A program made the translations under genes and the position numbers. Below are positions 50,090-60,321 of a stretch of 64,000 nt of DNA, in pieces; within the stretch, counting starts at the first letter, position 1, and every line of letters begins with the position of its first letter. The stretch lies in NCBI GenBank assembly GCA_963977015.1, contig CAXBMO010000001.1:320001-384000 (forward strand), given 5' to 3'. Source of the DNA: an uncultured bacterium. Lineage in GTDB: Bacteria; Verrucomicrobiota; Verrucomicrobiia; Verrucomicrobiales; DEV007. The notes beneath the pieces are model-generated. The model made no database searches and was not told where the DNA came from. It saw only the letters and a program-made list of their open reading frames with translations.

Positions 50090-50808
50090 CCATCGAATTC
50101 ATTGGCTTACCAGGTGTCGGGAAATCCTACATCTGCAGGCGCCTCTTTGAAGTTTGCGAACCACCTGGGGGAGCTGAGGCTATTCACGTTGCACCCGCAG
50201 CAGAGGATCAGCGCCGCGTTGCCCATTTGGCTGCCAAGTTGCATCGTGCCACCCTGTTCTTGCTGCGCCATCCGCTGGTGACTGGCAGGATTCTTCATTG
50301 CGTTGGCCGCAGCGCCCAGAAATCTTCCCTCGAAGCGGTGTTCAAGGCGGTCAACCTGTTGTCTGAACTGCAGGCGGTAGACAGAACTCAAGGCGTTTCG
50401 GTAATCGACCAAGGGGTGCTCCAGGCCATTTGGTCCGTGTTGTTGCGCGGGCGCAATTGTCAGGACGAGCGCCGATTCCTGGAGTTGGTCCGCCCTTGGC
50501 TCCCATCCGTCGTGATTTTCGTCGTCGCTGAGCGTGAGGAGAACATTCGGCGGCTTCGGACGCGTCTCAATGGCCAGAGTCGTATTGATGGCCTTCCTGC
50601 CGGAGAGATCGAGGCGGAACTCATTCGGGGAACGAACCTGCTTGAGCAAATTTTTAAAGAGTGGAAGGAGGTTGTCTCAGACGGGCGCGAACTGCGAGTC
50701 GTCAATCAAGGGGACTTCAGTCCGAGCATGGTCGCTTCATTATTGCCTGAATTGCTCTCCCGGGAAGCGACCCTGCATCAGGCGGTGTTTGCGGATAGAC
50801 GCGGCTGA
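50086..50808 (+). CDS. P-loop nucleotide-kinase-like protein
   Basis: IEFIGLPGVGKS Walker A; IDQG; RRLRTR lid-like segment (thymidylate-kinase-like fold). Confidence 0.75.
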   Translation: MTIEFIGLPGVGKSYICRRLFEVCEPPGGAEAIHVAPAAEDQRRVAHLAAKLHRATLFLLRHPLVTGRILHCVGRSAQKSSLEAVFKAVNLLSELQAVDRTQGVSVIDQGVLQAIWSVLLRGRNCQDERRFLELVRPWLPSVVIFVVAEREENIRRLRTRLNGQSRIDGLPAGEIEAELIRGTNLLEQIFKEWKEVVSDGRELRVVNQGDFSPSMVASLLPELLSREATLHQAVFADRRG

Positions 50809-51032
50809 CGCGCCAGGATGGAGGCCGCGAAAGCGGTTGGTCTTCGCTGCGCTCGGCGATCTGGTTCTCCAATCGCGATTGGCTCGGAAGAGCCCGTCAC
50901 GGAGTTCGATATTGGGCTGATTGAGTTATGGCAGGTGAGGAATCAGTGGGGAGTAACGCGCGTTTCGGGACTCGAACATCGAGCGGCTCGTTCCCTTGCC
51001 TCAAAAGGGGAGTGAGCGGGGCTTTTCGGAAA

Positions 51033-51047
51033 TGCGAATAGTTCTCA
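51033..51047. promoter_or_regulatory. Fur-box-like 7-1-7 inverted repeat
   Basis: TGCGAATAGTTCTCA compared with the TGAGAATnATTCTCA-type consensus; about 430 bp upstream of the autotransporter. Confidence 0.35.
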
Positions 51048-51480
51048 AAAATGATTGATCAATCCTGACAAGGCAGCTAGGTGCCCTAACGTTACTCTAA
51101 AATGGCGGCGTTGAAGCTGGTTTCACGCCAATGCTCCGCGTTGAGTTTCAGATCCATACCCAAACCGATTCCGCTTAATTTCCGAGCAACGCCAATGCCT
51201 CTGAATCCGATTTTCACCCCTCTCAACGTGTCTCGCCTCGCATCGAATCCCTCACAATTCTCCTATCGTGGCGGTGTTCGTCGGCTTTGGGATACGACCG
51301 TGAAATTCTCCGCAGCTACCAACTTTTCACTGGCGGCATCTCGAAGCGAGGTCTGGGACGCTTAGTGGAACTTGTCACTTCGCGTTAGGCACGAGGCGGC
51401 TCGAAAGAGTCCGCCGAGATAGATCTACGATGATGCTTCGCGTGGGCATTCGCCGTTTTTTGAACTGATCGCACAACTAC

Positions 51481-53379
51481 ATGAATCTCAAATCAATCCG
51501 TTTTTCCCACCTTTATCTCCTGGCTCTTTCCGGCCTGTTGATGGGACCCGCCACCGGCGATACGACGATCACGATCACCGGTGATCCTTCTGATCCGGCC
51601 ACTGGGACGGTCTCCGTGAACGGTGAGAACGGGGCGGGTATCTCTGATTCTGGAAGGAGCAATACAACCAGTCTTGATTTCGAGGGTGTCTTCCGGATCC
51701 GACAAGGGATTAGCGATAGTGCGATCTTTTTTGGGGTTCCCCGTGACAGTATCGACTTTACGAATGATGAAATTGATTTTCAGTTCATCGATTTGGATTC
51801 GCCCTTCGACGTGACTTTGAATGGGGTGGCTGTCGCCGGTGTCATATCCAATCTGTTCTTGGACGATAATGTTGGCGATGATTTTGGGTTCGGCCTGGGA
51901 ACGGCAACCCTGGAGACGGGAGAGGATCCTCGGACCTACTCGATTGCATCCCAATCCTCCACGTTCACGTTTCCAAATCCTTCCGGGTTTAACGCGTTGA
52001 ATCTCGGTAGTTACTCTCGAATCAGTCGAATATTTGGCGACTCCTGGACTCTGGTAATCCAGGAGGTCCCCGCCCCGGTGTCGGGAGACGGTGGGAGCGA
52101 AGTTCTCCTCACGGTAAACCGGCGGGGTTCGCCGACGATCGTGATCCTCCCGACTGTTCCAGAGCCCGATCCCGAGCCGGTCATGATCATCGACGTCGGA
52201 GCGCAACTTTCGGCGGAGACGACCGGCCAGGCGGTGAGTAATAGCGTGAACCAGGGCGGTCGCGGCAGTTTCACTGGATTCACCAATGGCGTTTCCAATC
52301 ACCTCAACGGGATGACCGGGCTCGGTGGATTGGGCGGCGGCAATGGCGGGACGGCTTCGGTTCGTGCCAACACCCAGCTCAACGTCCGCATCGCCGGGGT
52401 TTCGAACCGTTGGCAGAGACCGAACAAGACCGCGAGCGTGATCGCGGGAGTGATGTCCGAGCCGCTTTCGGTCGAGACGTATGTGCCGCAGTGGGAGCTT
52501 TACACGATGGGCGCGTTTAACCTCCAGGATCAGGACGCGATCGGACTGGCGCCGGGTTACACGTCGGATGCCTTCTCCGGCGGGGTCGGGATCGAGCGGC
52601 GTCTGGGGAACCATTTTTTGGTGGGGGTCGCGACGACCCTGGGCGAGAACTCCATCGAAGCCGGCGGTGGCGCGGGCGGGACGGACATCGATGGCGTGGT
52701 GCTGGATGCTTACGGGGTTTACGCGAAGGATCATTTCTGGACCAGCCTCCGCTATGGGATCGGGTTCATGGATCTGGACATCAACCGCAACGCCTTTCCC
52801 GGTGCCACCGCGCGGGCGGAGACGGATAGCCTGAATCACGTGATCAGTTGGGGCGGGGGCCTGAATCTTCCGCTGAATTTGTTTGGAATGGAATTCATCC
52901 ACGGGCCGAATCTGGGGCTGGATTACACCACGGGGAAGATCGACGGGTATCGCGAAAGCGGAGCGGGGGCGTTTAACCTGGTGGTCGATGATCACGCCTA
53001 CGGCAGCCTGCTGAGTGAGGTGGGCTGGACCCTTGCCAGGGAGCACGATCTCGGAAAGCTGGGGCGCGGCTGGCTTCAACTGCGCGCAGGCTGGAATCAC
53101 GAGCATCTGCTGGACGAGAGCCAAACGGAAATCCAGTTCGAGACCAGTCCCATCAGCGTCTTCGATCCGGCGACGGGAACGACGACCGCAGGCCCCGATG
53201 TGAGCGGTCGCAGCCACAATCCCACTCCGCAGAATGATTACATGAGCGTGGGCTTGCACTTGACGCAATTTCTCGGCGCGAAGCAGCGCTGGGTGTTGCG
53301 GACCGGGTATCAGACGCAACTCTTCCGCAGCGACTTCAGCGAGCATTACGGATACATGCGGGCGGGGTTCCGGTTTTAG
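51481..53379 (+). CDS. Autotransporter beta-barrel domain protein
   Basis: Signal peptide, short passenger, helical linker, barrel strands (IDGYRESGAG, WNHEH), terminal beta-signal YMRAGFRF. Confidence 0.88.
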   Translation: MNLKSIRFSHLYLLALSGLLMGPATGDTTITITGDPSDPATGTVSVNGENGAGISDSGRSNTTSLDFEGVFRIRQGISDSAIFFGVPRDSIDFTNDEIDFQFIDLDSPFDVTLNGVAVAGVISNLFLDDNVGDDFGFGLGTATLETGEDPRTYSIASQSSTFTFPNPSGFNALNLGSYSRISRIFGDSWTLVIQEVPAPVSGDGGSEVLLTVNRRGSPTIVILPTVPEPDPEPVMIIDVGAQLSAETTGQAVSNSVNQGGRGSFTGFTNGVSNHLNGMTGLGGLGGGNGGTASVRANTQLNVRIAGVSNRWQRPNKTASVIAGVMSEPLSVETYVPQWELYTMGAFNLQDQDAIGLAPGYTSDAFSGGVGIERRLGNHFLVGVATTLGENSIEAGGGAGGTDIDGVVLDAYGVYAKDHFWTSLRYGIGFMDLDINRNAFPGATARAETDSLNHVISWGGGLNLPLNLFGMEFIHGPNLGLDYTTGKIDGYRESGAGAFNLVVDDHAYGSLLSEVGWTLAREHDLGKLGRGWLQLRAGWNHEHLLDESQTEIQFETSPISVFDPATGTTTAGPDVSGRSHNPTPQNDYMSVGLHLTQFLGAKQRWVLRTGYQTQLFRSDFSEHYGYMRAGFRF

Positions 53380-53433
53380 GGAGCCCTGCGATACAAGGGT
53401 TGCATTTTCCTGACACATCGCTCCCGTTTGGCG

Positions 53434-56220
53434 ATGGAAAAGAAGTTCCAAGATCGCCACCTTGGCGCGAATTCGGAGGTTGCCGCAGAAATGGCGGGCG
53501 TCGTGGGGTATGACTCGGTGGATGCGCTGATCGAGGCGACGGTCCCGGAGCAAATTCGCCGCAAGGCCGCGTTGGAGCTTCCGGAACCACTGAGCGAGGC
53601 GGGCGCGTTGGCGAGGATTCGTGCGGTGATGGGGCAGAATCAGGTTCGGCGCAGTTTGATCGGCCAGGGCTATTACGATTGCGTGACGCCGCCGGTCATC
53701 TTGCGCAATATCTTGGAGAATCCGGGGTGGTACACGGCTTACACGCCGTATCAGGCGGAGATTTCGCAGGGGCGACTGGAGGCGTGTCTGAATTTTCAAA
53801 CCATGGTGGCGGATTTGACCGGGTTGCCGGTGGCGAATGCGTCGCTGCTGGATGAGGGAACGGCGGCGGCGGAGGCGATGAGCATGTGTGCGAGCGGGAA
53901 ACCCAAGGCGAACCAGTTTTTCGTGAGCGAGAAATGTCATCCGCAAACCATCGCCGTTCTGCAAACGCGCGCGGAGCCGCTCGGGATCGAGCTGGTGATT
54001 GGCGACCATGCGGAGGTGGAGTTTTCGCCCGAGATGTTTGGGGCTCTATTGCAATATCCCGATACGGAGGGGCGGATTGAGGATTATGCAGAATTTACGG
54101 AAAAGGCTCACGCGGCGAAGGTATTGGTGGTGGTGGCGACGGATTTGCTGGCGCTGGCGTTGTTGAAGCCGCCGGGGGAATTTGGGGCGGACATCGCGGT
54201 GGGGAACAGTCAGCGTTTTGGGGTTCCGTTGGGCTTTGGCGGTCCCCATGCCGGATTCATGGCGTGTTCGGATGCGTTGAAGCGGAAGTTGCCGGGGCGA
54301 CTCGTGGGAATCTCCAAGGATGCGGCGGGCAAGCCGGCCTACCGGCTCTCGCTCCAGACGCGCGAGCAGCACATCCGTCGCGATAAGGCGACGAGTAATA
54401 TTTGCACGGCGCAGGTACTTCTGGCGGTGATCGCGTCGATGTATGCGGCGTATCATGGCCCGGCCGGGTTGAAGGCGATTGCGCGTCGCGTTCACGGGTT
54501 AACGCGTGCCCTGGCCAAAGGATTGGGAGTGGAGCCGGGGTTCGATACGGTGAAGTTGCCACCCAACGATGATGCCTGGGAAAAAGCGCGGGAGTCCGGA
54601 TTCAATCTGCGACGCTTGGATGAAGGAATTGGCGTGAGTTTGGATGAGCGATCGACCTTGGAAGAGGTAAACACGCTGATTGGGTTTTTCGGCGGCGAAA
54701 CTCAGAAGGAGGCAGCGCGGGCGGGGATCGACGGAAAACTCTCCCGCGAGTCGGATTTCCTAACGCATCCGGTGTTTCACGCTTATCACACCGAGACCGA
54801 GATGATGCGTTACCTTCATCGGCTCGAGACGAAGGATTTGGCGCTCAACACCAGCATGATTCCGCTCGGAAGCTGCACCATGAAGCTGAACGCGGCTGCG
54901 GAGATGATGCCGTTGAGCTGGGTTGAGGTGAATGGGCTCCATCCCTTTGCTCCGCGCGACCAGTGGAAGGGGTATGCGCAACTCATCTCTGAATTGGAGG
55001 CGTGGCTCGCCGCGTCGACCGGTTTTGACGCCGTCTCGCTGCAACCGAACGCCGGTTCCCAAGGCGAATACGCGGGGTTGCTCGCGATTCGGGACTTCTT
55101 CAAGGCAAAAGGGGAAACCCAGCGCACGATTTGCCTGATCCCGACGTCGGCACACGGAACCAATCCAGCGAGTGCGGTGATGGCGGGGATGAAGGTGGTG
55201 CCGGTTGCCTGCGATGAACATGGCAACATCGCGATCGACGACTTGCGGGCGAAAGCGCAGCAGTATTCCGCGAATCTCGCGGCGCTCATGGTGACGTATC
55301 CCTCCACACACGGGGTGTTTGAAGCCGGGATTGTCGAGATTTGCCGAATCATTCACGACAATGGTGGCCAGGTTTACATGGATGGCGCGAACATGAATGC
55401 GCAGGTCGGGATTTGTTCGCCGGCTGAGTTGGGGGCGGATGTGTGCCACCTGAATCTGCACAAGACGTTCTGCATCCCTCACGGCGGCGGTGGACCGGGC
55501 GTCGGTCCAATCGGGGTGATGAAGCATTTGGCTCCCTATCTCCCCGGTCACCCGGAATTTCTGGAACGCTCGGAAGGCGCGGTGAGCGCCGCACCGTTTG
55601 GCAGCGCCTCGATCCTGACAATCTCCTGGATGTACATCGCAATGATGGGAGCCGAAGGGTTAACGACGGCAACCAAGCTGGCGATCCTCAATGCCAACTA
55701 CATTGCGCACCGGCTTCAGGATCATTTCCCGGTGCTCTATCGTGGGCAGAATGGGCTTGTGGCGCACGAGTGCATTCTCGATCTGCGCCCGTTCAAGACC
55801 AGGGTGGGAGTCGAGGTTGAGGACGTCGCCAAACGGCTGATGGACTATGGCTTCCACGCGCCGACCATGAGCTGGCCGGTGACGGGGACGCTGATGATTG
55901 AGCCAACCGAGAGCGAGTCCCGAGCGGAACTCGACCGGTTTTGCGAAGCGATGATTGCGATTCGCGGAGAGATCGCCGCGATTGAATCCGGGAATTCGAA
56001 TCCGGAAGACAACCCCTTAAAACACGCGCCGCATACGGCGGACGTGTTGCTTTCCAATTCGTGGAATCGCGCGTATTCGCGGGAACTGGCTGCTTTTCCG
56101 GCGGACGGGTTGCGGGAGTCGAAATACTGGCCCCCCGTCAGCCGGATTGACAACGTCTACGGAGATCGGAATCTGATCTGCACCTGCCCAAGTGTTGGGG
56201 AGATGGCAGAGGAGGATTGA
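53434..56220 (+). CDS. gcvP: Glycine dehydrogenase (decarboxylating), P protein
   Basis: [60 protein letters not shown]. Confidence 0.98.
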   Translation: MEKKFQDRHLGANSEVAAEMAGVVGYDSVDALIEATVPEQIRRKAALELPEPLSEAGALARIRAVMGQNQVRRSLIGQGYYDCVTPPVILRNILENPGWYTAYTPYQAEISQGRLEACLNFQTMVADLTGLPVANASLLDEGTAAAEAMSMCASGKPKANQFFVSEKCHPQTIAVLQTRAEPLGIELVIGDHAEVEFSPEMFGALLQYPDTEGRIEDYAEFTEKAHAAKVLVVVATDLLALALLKPPGEFGADIAVGNSQRFGVPLGFGGPHAGFMACSDALKRKLPGRLVGISKDAAGKPAYRLSLQTREQHIRRDKATSNICTAQVLLAVIASMYAAYHGPAGLKAIARRVHGLTRALAKGLGVEPGFDTVKLPPNDDAWEKARESGFNLRRLDEGIGVSLDERSTLEEVNTLIGFFGGETQKEAARAGIDGKLSRESDFLTHPVFHAYHTETEMMRYLHRLETKDLALNTSMIPLGSCTMKLNAAAEMMPLSWVEVNGLHPFAPRDQWKGYAQLISELEAWLAASTGFDAVSLQPNAGSQGEYAGLLAIRDFFKAKGETQRTICLIPTSAHGTNPASAVMAGMKVVPVACDEHGNIAIDDLRAKAQQYSANLAALMVTYPSTHGVFEAGIVEICRIIHDNGGQVYMDGANMNAQVGICSPAELGADVCHLNLHKTFCIPHGGGGPGVGPIGVMKHLAPYLPGHPEFLERSEGAVSAAPFGSASILTISWMYIAMMGAEGLTTATKLAILNANYIAHRLQDHFPVLYRGQNGLVAHECILDLRPFKTRVGVEVEDVAKRLMDYGFHAPTMSWPVTGTLMIEPTESESRAELDRFCEAMIAIRGEIAAIESGNSNPEDNPLKHAPHTADVLLSNSWNRAYSRELAAFPADGLRESKYWPPVSRIDNVYGDRNLICTCPSVGEMAEED

Positions 56221-56224
56221 AGCC

Positions 56225-57076
56225 TTATGCTCCTGCGAGGGAATCCTTGATGTATTCGAGGCCGAAGGTGTAAACCTCTTCCGGGCTTTCGAAAAGCGGA
56301 CGCCAGACGCGAGTCGCGGCGGCCAGATCGGGAAGGAAATCGCCAAACGCCTCGATCACATACCAGTTGTCGTAGCCGTTGCGTGCGAACGTCTGGATCG
56401 TCTGGCGGATCGGGGTGTGATCCTTGCCGGGAGTTCCACGATCGTTGGCAGAGATGTGAACGTGCTTAATGACATCCAGATTGGGCAGGATCACGCCAAG
56501 AGGATTCTTCTCCTCAATGTTGGCGTGAAAGGTGTCATACATCGTGAAGAAGTTGGGGTGGTTGACCCGCTTCACGTAGGCATTTGCCTGTTCCATCGTG
56601 TTGAGGAAGTGGCACTCGAAACGGTTGAGTGCTTCTACGGTGAGGCGAATGTTGGCGCCTTGCGCGGCGTCAGCCATTTGGCGGTGTCCTTCAGCTCCCC
56701 ATTCCAATTCTTCTTCCGTTGCGCCTTTCCCGGTGAAGTTACAAAGCTCCTGATAGTAGGGGCCGCAAATATTGTCGATTCCCGCGTTGTGGCCACATTC
56801 GACGACCTTCTTGAGGTGATCGATTCCCTGCTGGCGATGCGTTGGATTGGTGCTGATCAGGCTCTGCTCGTCCGTCGGGCAAATGGTGACGGAACAACGT
56901 TCCAAACCATTGTCGTCACAGGCTTGGCCGATCTTTTTGTAGTGTTCGGGATCGCTGGTGTCGAAAATCGGAAATTCGACTCCGTCATAGCCAGCGGCCT
57001 TGAGTTTTTCCAGAATGGGAAAGTCTTTTTCTTCGACGTGTCCCGTCCACAGCAGCAGGTTGAATCCGATCTTCAT
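56225..57076 (-). CDS. Sugar phosphate isomerase/epimerase (D-tagatose/D-psicose 3-epimerase-like)
   Basis: GYDGVE, EALNRFE, DTFHANIEE, HVHISANDRGTPG, IEAF. Confidence 0.9.
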   Translation of the reverse strand: MKIGFNLLLWTGHVEEKDFPILEKLKAAGYDGVEFPIFDTSDPEHYKKIGQACDDNGLERCSVTICPTDEQSLISTNPTHRQQGIDHLKKVVECGHNAGIDNICGPYYQELCNFTGKGATEEELEWGAEGHRQMADAAQGANIRLTVEALNRFECHFLNTMEQANAYVKRVNHPNFFTMYDTFHANIEEKNPLGVILPNLDVIKHVHISANDRGTPGKDHTPIRQTIQTFARNGYDNWYVIEAFGDFLPDLAAATRVWRPLFESPEEVYTFGLEYIKDSLAGA

Positions 57077-57154
57077 TGCGGGTCTTTAGCAAAGCCTGCA
57101 GATTCGTGCAAGCGGTAAGCGTGGGACGCGGGGCTTTGTCGGTGCGTTTTGCGA

Positions 57155-57634
57155 TCAGGGAATCGCAAGAACATCGCCGGGGCGAATGAGGTTTGAATCC
57201 AGGGAATTCGCTTGCTTGAGGGCGTCAACCGAAGTGCCATGGCGGCGGCTGATGCTGAAAAGCGTGTCCCCGGAAATGACCTTGTATCGAGCTGTTGGGG
57301 TAGATGCGTAGGAGGGAGGGGTAGGGGGCGCAGGGGGTTTTGGCATTTCCGAAGACACGATTTCAACAGGATCAGTGCCGGCATATGGATCCGGAGTTAC
57401 AGAGACGACTTCCACGTAGTCCGAATTCTGGGGGTAAGGGCCAGGCGGAGGGTTGTAAGGGGAAAAGTATTCACCTTCGCCATAGGGATTCGCGCCGTCA
57501 TCGCCGTAAGGGGCGTTATACGCGTCGTTGCTATCGGAGGCTTGCGGGTAGGTGTCCGCGTTACGGCTGGATTGGCAGCTGGCGAGGAAGGCAACTGTAG
57601 CAAACGCGGCGAGGGATGTGACTACATGTTTCAT
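57155..57634 (-). CDS. LysM domain lipoprotein
   Basis: Lipobox LASC; Pro/Tyr-rich linker; YKVISGDTLFSISRRHGTSVDALKQAN. Confidence 0.92.
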   Translation of the reverse strand: MKHVVTSLAAFATVAFLASCQSSRNADTYPQASDSNDAYNAPYGDDGANPYGEGEYFSPYNPPPGPYPQNSDYVEVVSVTPDPYAGTDPVEIVSSEMPKPPAPPTPPSYASTPTARYKVISGDTLFSISRRHGTSVDALKQANSLDSNLIRPGDVLAIP

Positions 57635-57785
57635 TGGGAAAAGTTGTTTATCTGTAACAATAGATAAATTATCAAATATGAATGTCAATAATAATAACAT
57701 AAATCGCGTTGCGGTTGTGGATTGGGGGATCCCGCTTTTTCTCGCCAAAGTTGCGCCGACAGCGGATCTGAGGTTTGATACGCCA

Positions 57786-58634
57786 ATGAGGGTCATCACA
57801 ATGTTAGCGATTTTCAGTCTGGTTTTCCCGCTTCTGGCCGGTGCCGGAATCAATACGCAAGGTGGATTGATCGAGATGGAGATGGTTAGTGAGGTGCGCT
57901 CGGTTCAACCGGGGAAACCATTTTCGGTCGGGCTGAAGATCTGGCACGCGCCGGGCTGGCATACCTACTGGCGCCAACCGGGAATTGTCGGGGTTCCGAC
58001 TTCGCTGGACTGGACGCTGCCCGAAGGCTTTGAAGCGAGCGAGATTCGGTGGCCGGCACCGGAACGAACCAAAATGGCGTCGTTGACGGCCTGGGGCTAC
58101 GAACGCGAAGTCTTGTTGATGGTCGAGATCACGCCGCCGAAGACGTTGGAACCGGATGCCGAACTTCACTTTTTGGCGAAGGGGAGCTGGATGGCTTGCG
58201 CGACGACGTGTCATCCGGGGTTTGGCGAGTTTAAGCTGAGTTTGCCCGTTAATTCCTCGGAGCAACCGGACTGGAACCCCGAAACGCGGGATCGCTTCGA
58301 ACAAACGCGGGCTGAATTTCCCCGGGAGTTGGAGGGATGGAGCGCATCAGTCGCGGAAGGAAAGGACAACGAAATTCTCCTGAAATTCACCAATTCGGGA
58401 GGTGAGCCACTTCCCGAAACTGCAGAAATCTATTTCTACTGTTTTGATGAACAGGTTCATTCGGACATGCCGCAGCCGACGACGCGAAATCCCGACGGTA
58501 GTCTGACGATTCGCCTCAAAAAGCCGGGGTTTGCGCCGAAAAACCCAAAAGAACTCACTGGAATAATCTACAACTCAGGAGGTTGGGATTCCAAACCCGG
58601 CGGGCAATTTGCGAGGGTTGCAGCTTCCTGGTAG
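57786..58634 (+). CDS. Stand-alone DsbD N-terminal-domain protein (disulfide reductase-related)
   Basis: PGWHTYW..PG, WTLPEGF, WPAP, WMACATTCHP; signal peptide. Confidence 0.85.
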   Translation: MRVITMLAIFSLVFPLLAGAGINTQGGLIEMEMVSEVRSVQPGKPFSVGLKIWHAPGWHTYWRQPGIVGVPTSLDWTLPEGFEASEIRWPAPERTKMASLTAWGYEREVLLMVEITPPKTLEPDAELHFLAKGSWMACATTCHPGFGEFKLSLPVNSSEQPDWNPETRDRFEQTRAEFPRELEGWSASVAEGKDNEILLKFTNSGGEPLPETAEIYFYCFDEQVHSDMPQPTTRNPDGSLTIRLKKPGFAPKNPKELTGIIYNSGGWDSKPGGQFARVAASW

Positions 58635-58657
58635 GTGGCTATGCTTGGCGCGTAGCT

Positions 58658-59197
58658 ATGGGAAAACGAAAGTTCAAGCAAAAAAAAGCCCCTGAAAATC
58701 ATACCCGCACCAAGTGGTGTGAGGTAATGGAATCGTCGATTCACAATCGAGGGGTTTTTGCACGACGCACCATCCCTGACGAAACCAAAATTCTGCAATA
58801 CGTCGGCGAAAAAATCGACAAGGATGAGAGTAATCGTCGTGGGTTGGCCCAAATGGAAAAGGCGAAAGAAACTGGCGGGGCCGGGGTCTACATCTTTACG
58901 CTGGACGATGAGTGGGACATCGATGGTGACTCGGAAGCGAACATCGCGCGTCTCATCAATCACAGTTGCGAGCCGAATTGTGAAGCCTACATCGATGAGG
59001 AAGAGGGCGAAATCTGGATCTGGTCAATCAAAGACATCGAGCCGGGGGAAGAGCTGTGCTTCAACTACGGATTTGATTTGGAGAACTACGAAGATCATCC
59101 CTGTCGTTGCGGGACCTCGAATTGCGTCGGCTACATCGTGGGTGAAGACTATTGGGGCGATCTCGAGAAGAAGCTGGCGGAAGAAGAGGCGATTTAA
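58658..59197 (+). CDS. SET domain protein-lysine methyltransferase with post-SET motif
   Basis: SSIHNRGVFA, ARLINHSCEPNC, GEELCFNY, CRCGTSNCVG. Confidence 0.93.
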   Translation: MGKRKFKQKKAPENHTRTKWCEVMESSIHNRGVFARRTIPDETKILQYVGEKIDKDESNRRGLAQMEKAKETGGAGVYIFTLDDEWDIDGDSEANIARLINHSCEPNCEAYIDEEEGEIWIWSIKDIEPGEELCFNYGFDLENYEDHPCRCGTSNCVGYIVGEDYWGDLEKKLAEEEAI

Positions 59198-59208
59198 CGG
59201 TTGGCGTC

Positions 59209-59787
59209 TCAGTGGAGAAAAAATACGTCCTGAGGAGGCAAGGCGAGGGCCTTCTCCAGCAACTCCGGCCCGTCTGATTCCTGTGCAAAGCGTTCGGTGA
59301 GGTAGGCGTGGAGGAATCTGTCCTCGCGGAGCTCCTTCAATCCGATTTGAACCATTAATTCGTCCATTGTCTCTGCCCGGTGCTGTTTCATTGCGACGTC
59401 TCGAAGGTTGGGAAACTCTTCCAGCTTTTTCCGCATGGTTGAGTGTTTTGACTTGAAGAGAATGAGCCGCTCTCTCGCTTCGCGATCAATCACCGCATTC
59501 GTGATCGCGTTTCCCATATCGCGATCCAGCTCCTGAAAAAAAATGGGGTCGTGGCGAAGGAGTTCCTCGATGGCGCGCTGTTTGGTGGCGAGATCCGCGT
59601 CCGGATCTTCGATGGTGGTGAAGGCAACGGTTCTTGGCCCGAGGCCCTGAATCAGGCCGGGAAACTGCATCCACGCCGGCAGCACCCAGTTGAATTTGAT
59701 GTAGGCTCCGGAGAGGAGCATCCCGGCGACAATTCCGATCACCAATCGAGTAAAGCCCCCGTTGTCTGATTTGCTGGAGTCTGACAT
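59209..59787 (-). CDS. Hypothetical membrane-anchored protein
   Basis: Single N-terminal TM (LVIGIVAGMLLSGAYI) then a helical domain. Confidence 0.65.
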   Translation of the reverse strand: MSDSSKSDNGGFTRLVIGIVAGMLLSGAYIKFNWVLPAWMQFPGLIQGLGPRTVAFTTIEDPDADLATKQRAIEELLRHDPIFFQELDRDMGNAITNAVIDREARERLILFKSKHSTMRKKLEEFPNLRDVAMKQHRAETMDELMVQIGLKELREDRFLHAYLTERFAQESDGPELLEKALALPPQDVFFLH

Positions 59788-59823
59788 GCTGCACCGTATG
59801 CGAAATTTCCGATCCCCAAACGC

Positions 59824-59859
59824 AAAAAAGCCCAAGGGATTGAACCCTCGGGCTTTTTC
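59824..59859. terminator. Intrinsic terminator
   Basis: aaaaaagcccaaggg-attgaa-ccctcgggcttttt. Confidence 0.8.
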
Positions 59860-59891
59860 AAAAATTGTCGGTTAAGACGAGGAGCGTCTGA

Positions 59892-60179
59892 CTAGCTCGT
59901 TGCTTTCACCGCAGCGACTGAATCAGCCTTGTTGTGCTCGCTCACGACTTTCACTTTTCCACCTGCGATATCTTCGATGGTGGCTTCTTCACCATCAGCG
60001 TTGGTCACTTTGGTGGTTGGGAGAATCTTGATTGGTTTCTTGAGGTCACCGCCAGACAAGGTTTTGGTCTCGGCGTTGTAGGTGAACGTGCCTACGTTGT
60101 CGACTTTCTTGCCGCATCCGGCGAAAACGGAACCTGCACCGAGGCTGATGACTGCGATGATTGAGAGAACTTTCTTCAT
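59892..60179 (-). CDS. Small secreted protein (possible lipoprotein)
   Basis: MKKVLSIIAVISLGAGSVFAGC signal; beta-rich; followed by its own terminator. Confidence 0.75.
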   Translation of the reverse strand: MKKVLSIIAVISLGAGSVFAGCGKKVDNVGTFTYNAETKTLSGGDLKKPIKILPTTKVTNADGEEATIEDIAGGKVKVVSEHNKADSVAAVKATS

Positions 60180-60321
60180 TCGATTAATTTTGAGGTTTGG
60201 ATGTTCTGCCAAGATGAGTCATGGGGAGACATCTTGTCGAGCATTGTTACAATATTAGTCACGTTTTGGCTGCCCCTTTTATTTCGTTGGAATCTGATTT
60301 TTCCCAAACTCTGAATACACC

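Noticed and set aside
51102-51365. 87-aa ORF upstream of the autotransporter
   Set aside because: Atypical composition and no family features; more likely leader or non-coding DNA.
51493-54009. 838-aa minus-strand ORF
   Set aside because: Antisense shadow of the autotransporter and gcvP, expected from GC-rich codon bias; no recognisable domain.
57552-57853. Extended N-termini of the LysM and DsbD-N ORFs in the ORF track
   Set aside because: They overlap each other across an AT-rich promoter region; signal peptides support starts at 57634 (-) and 57786 (+).
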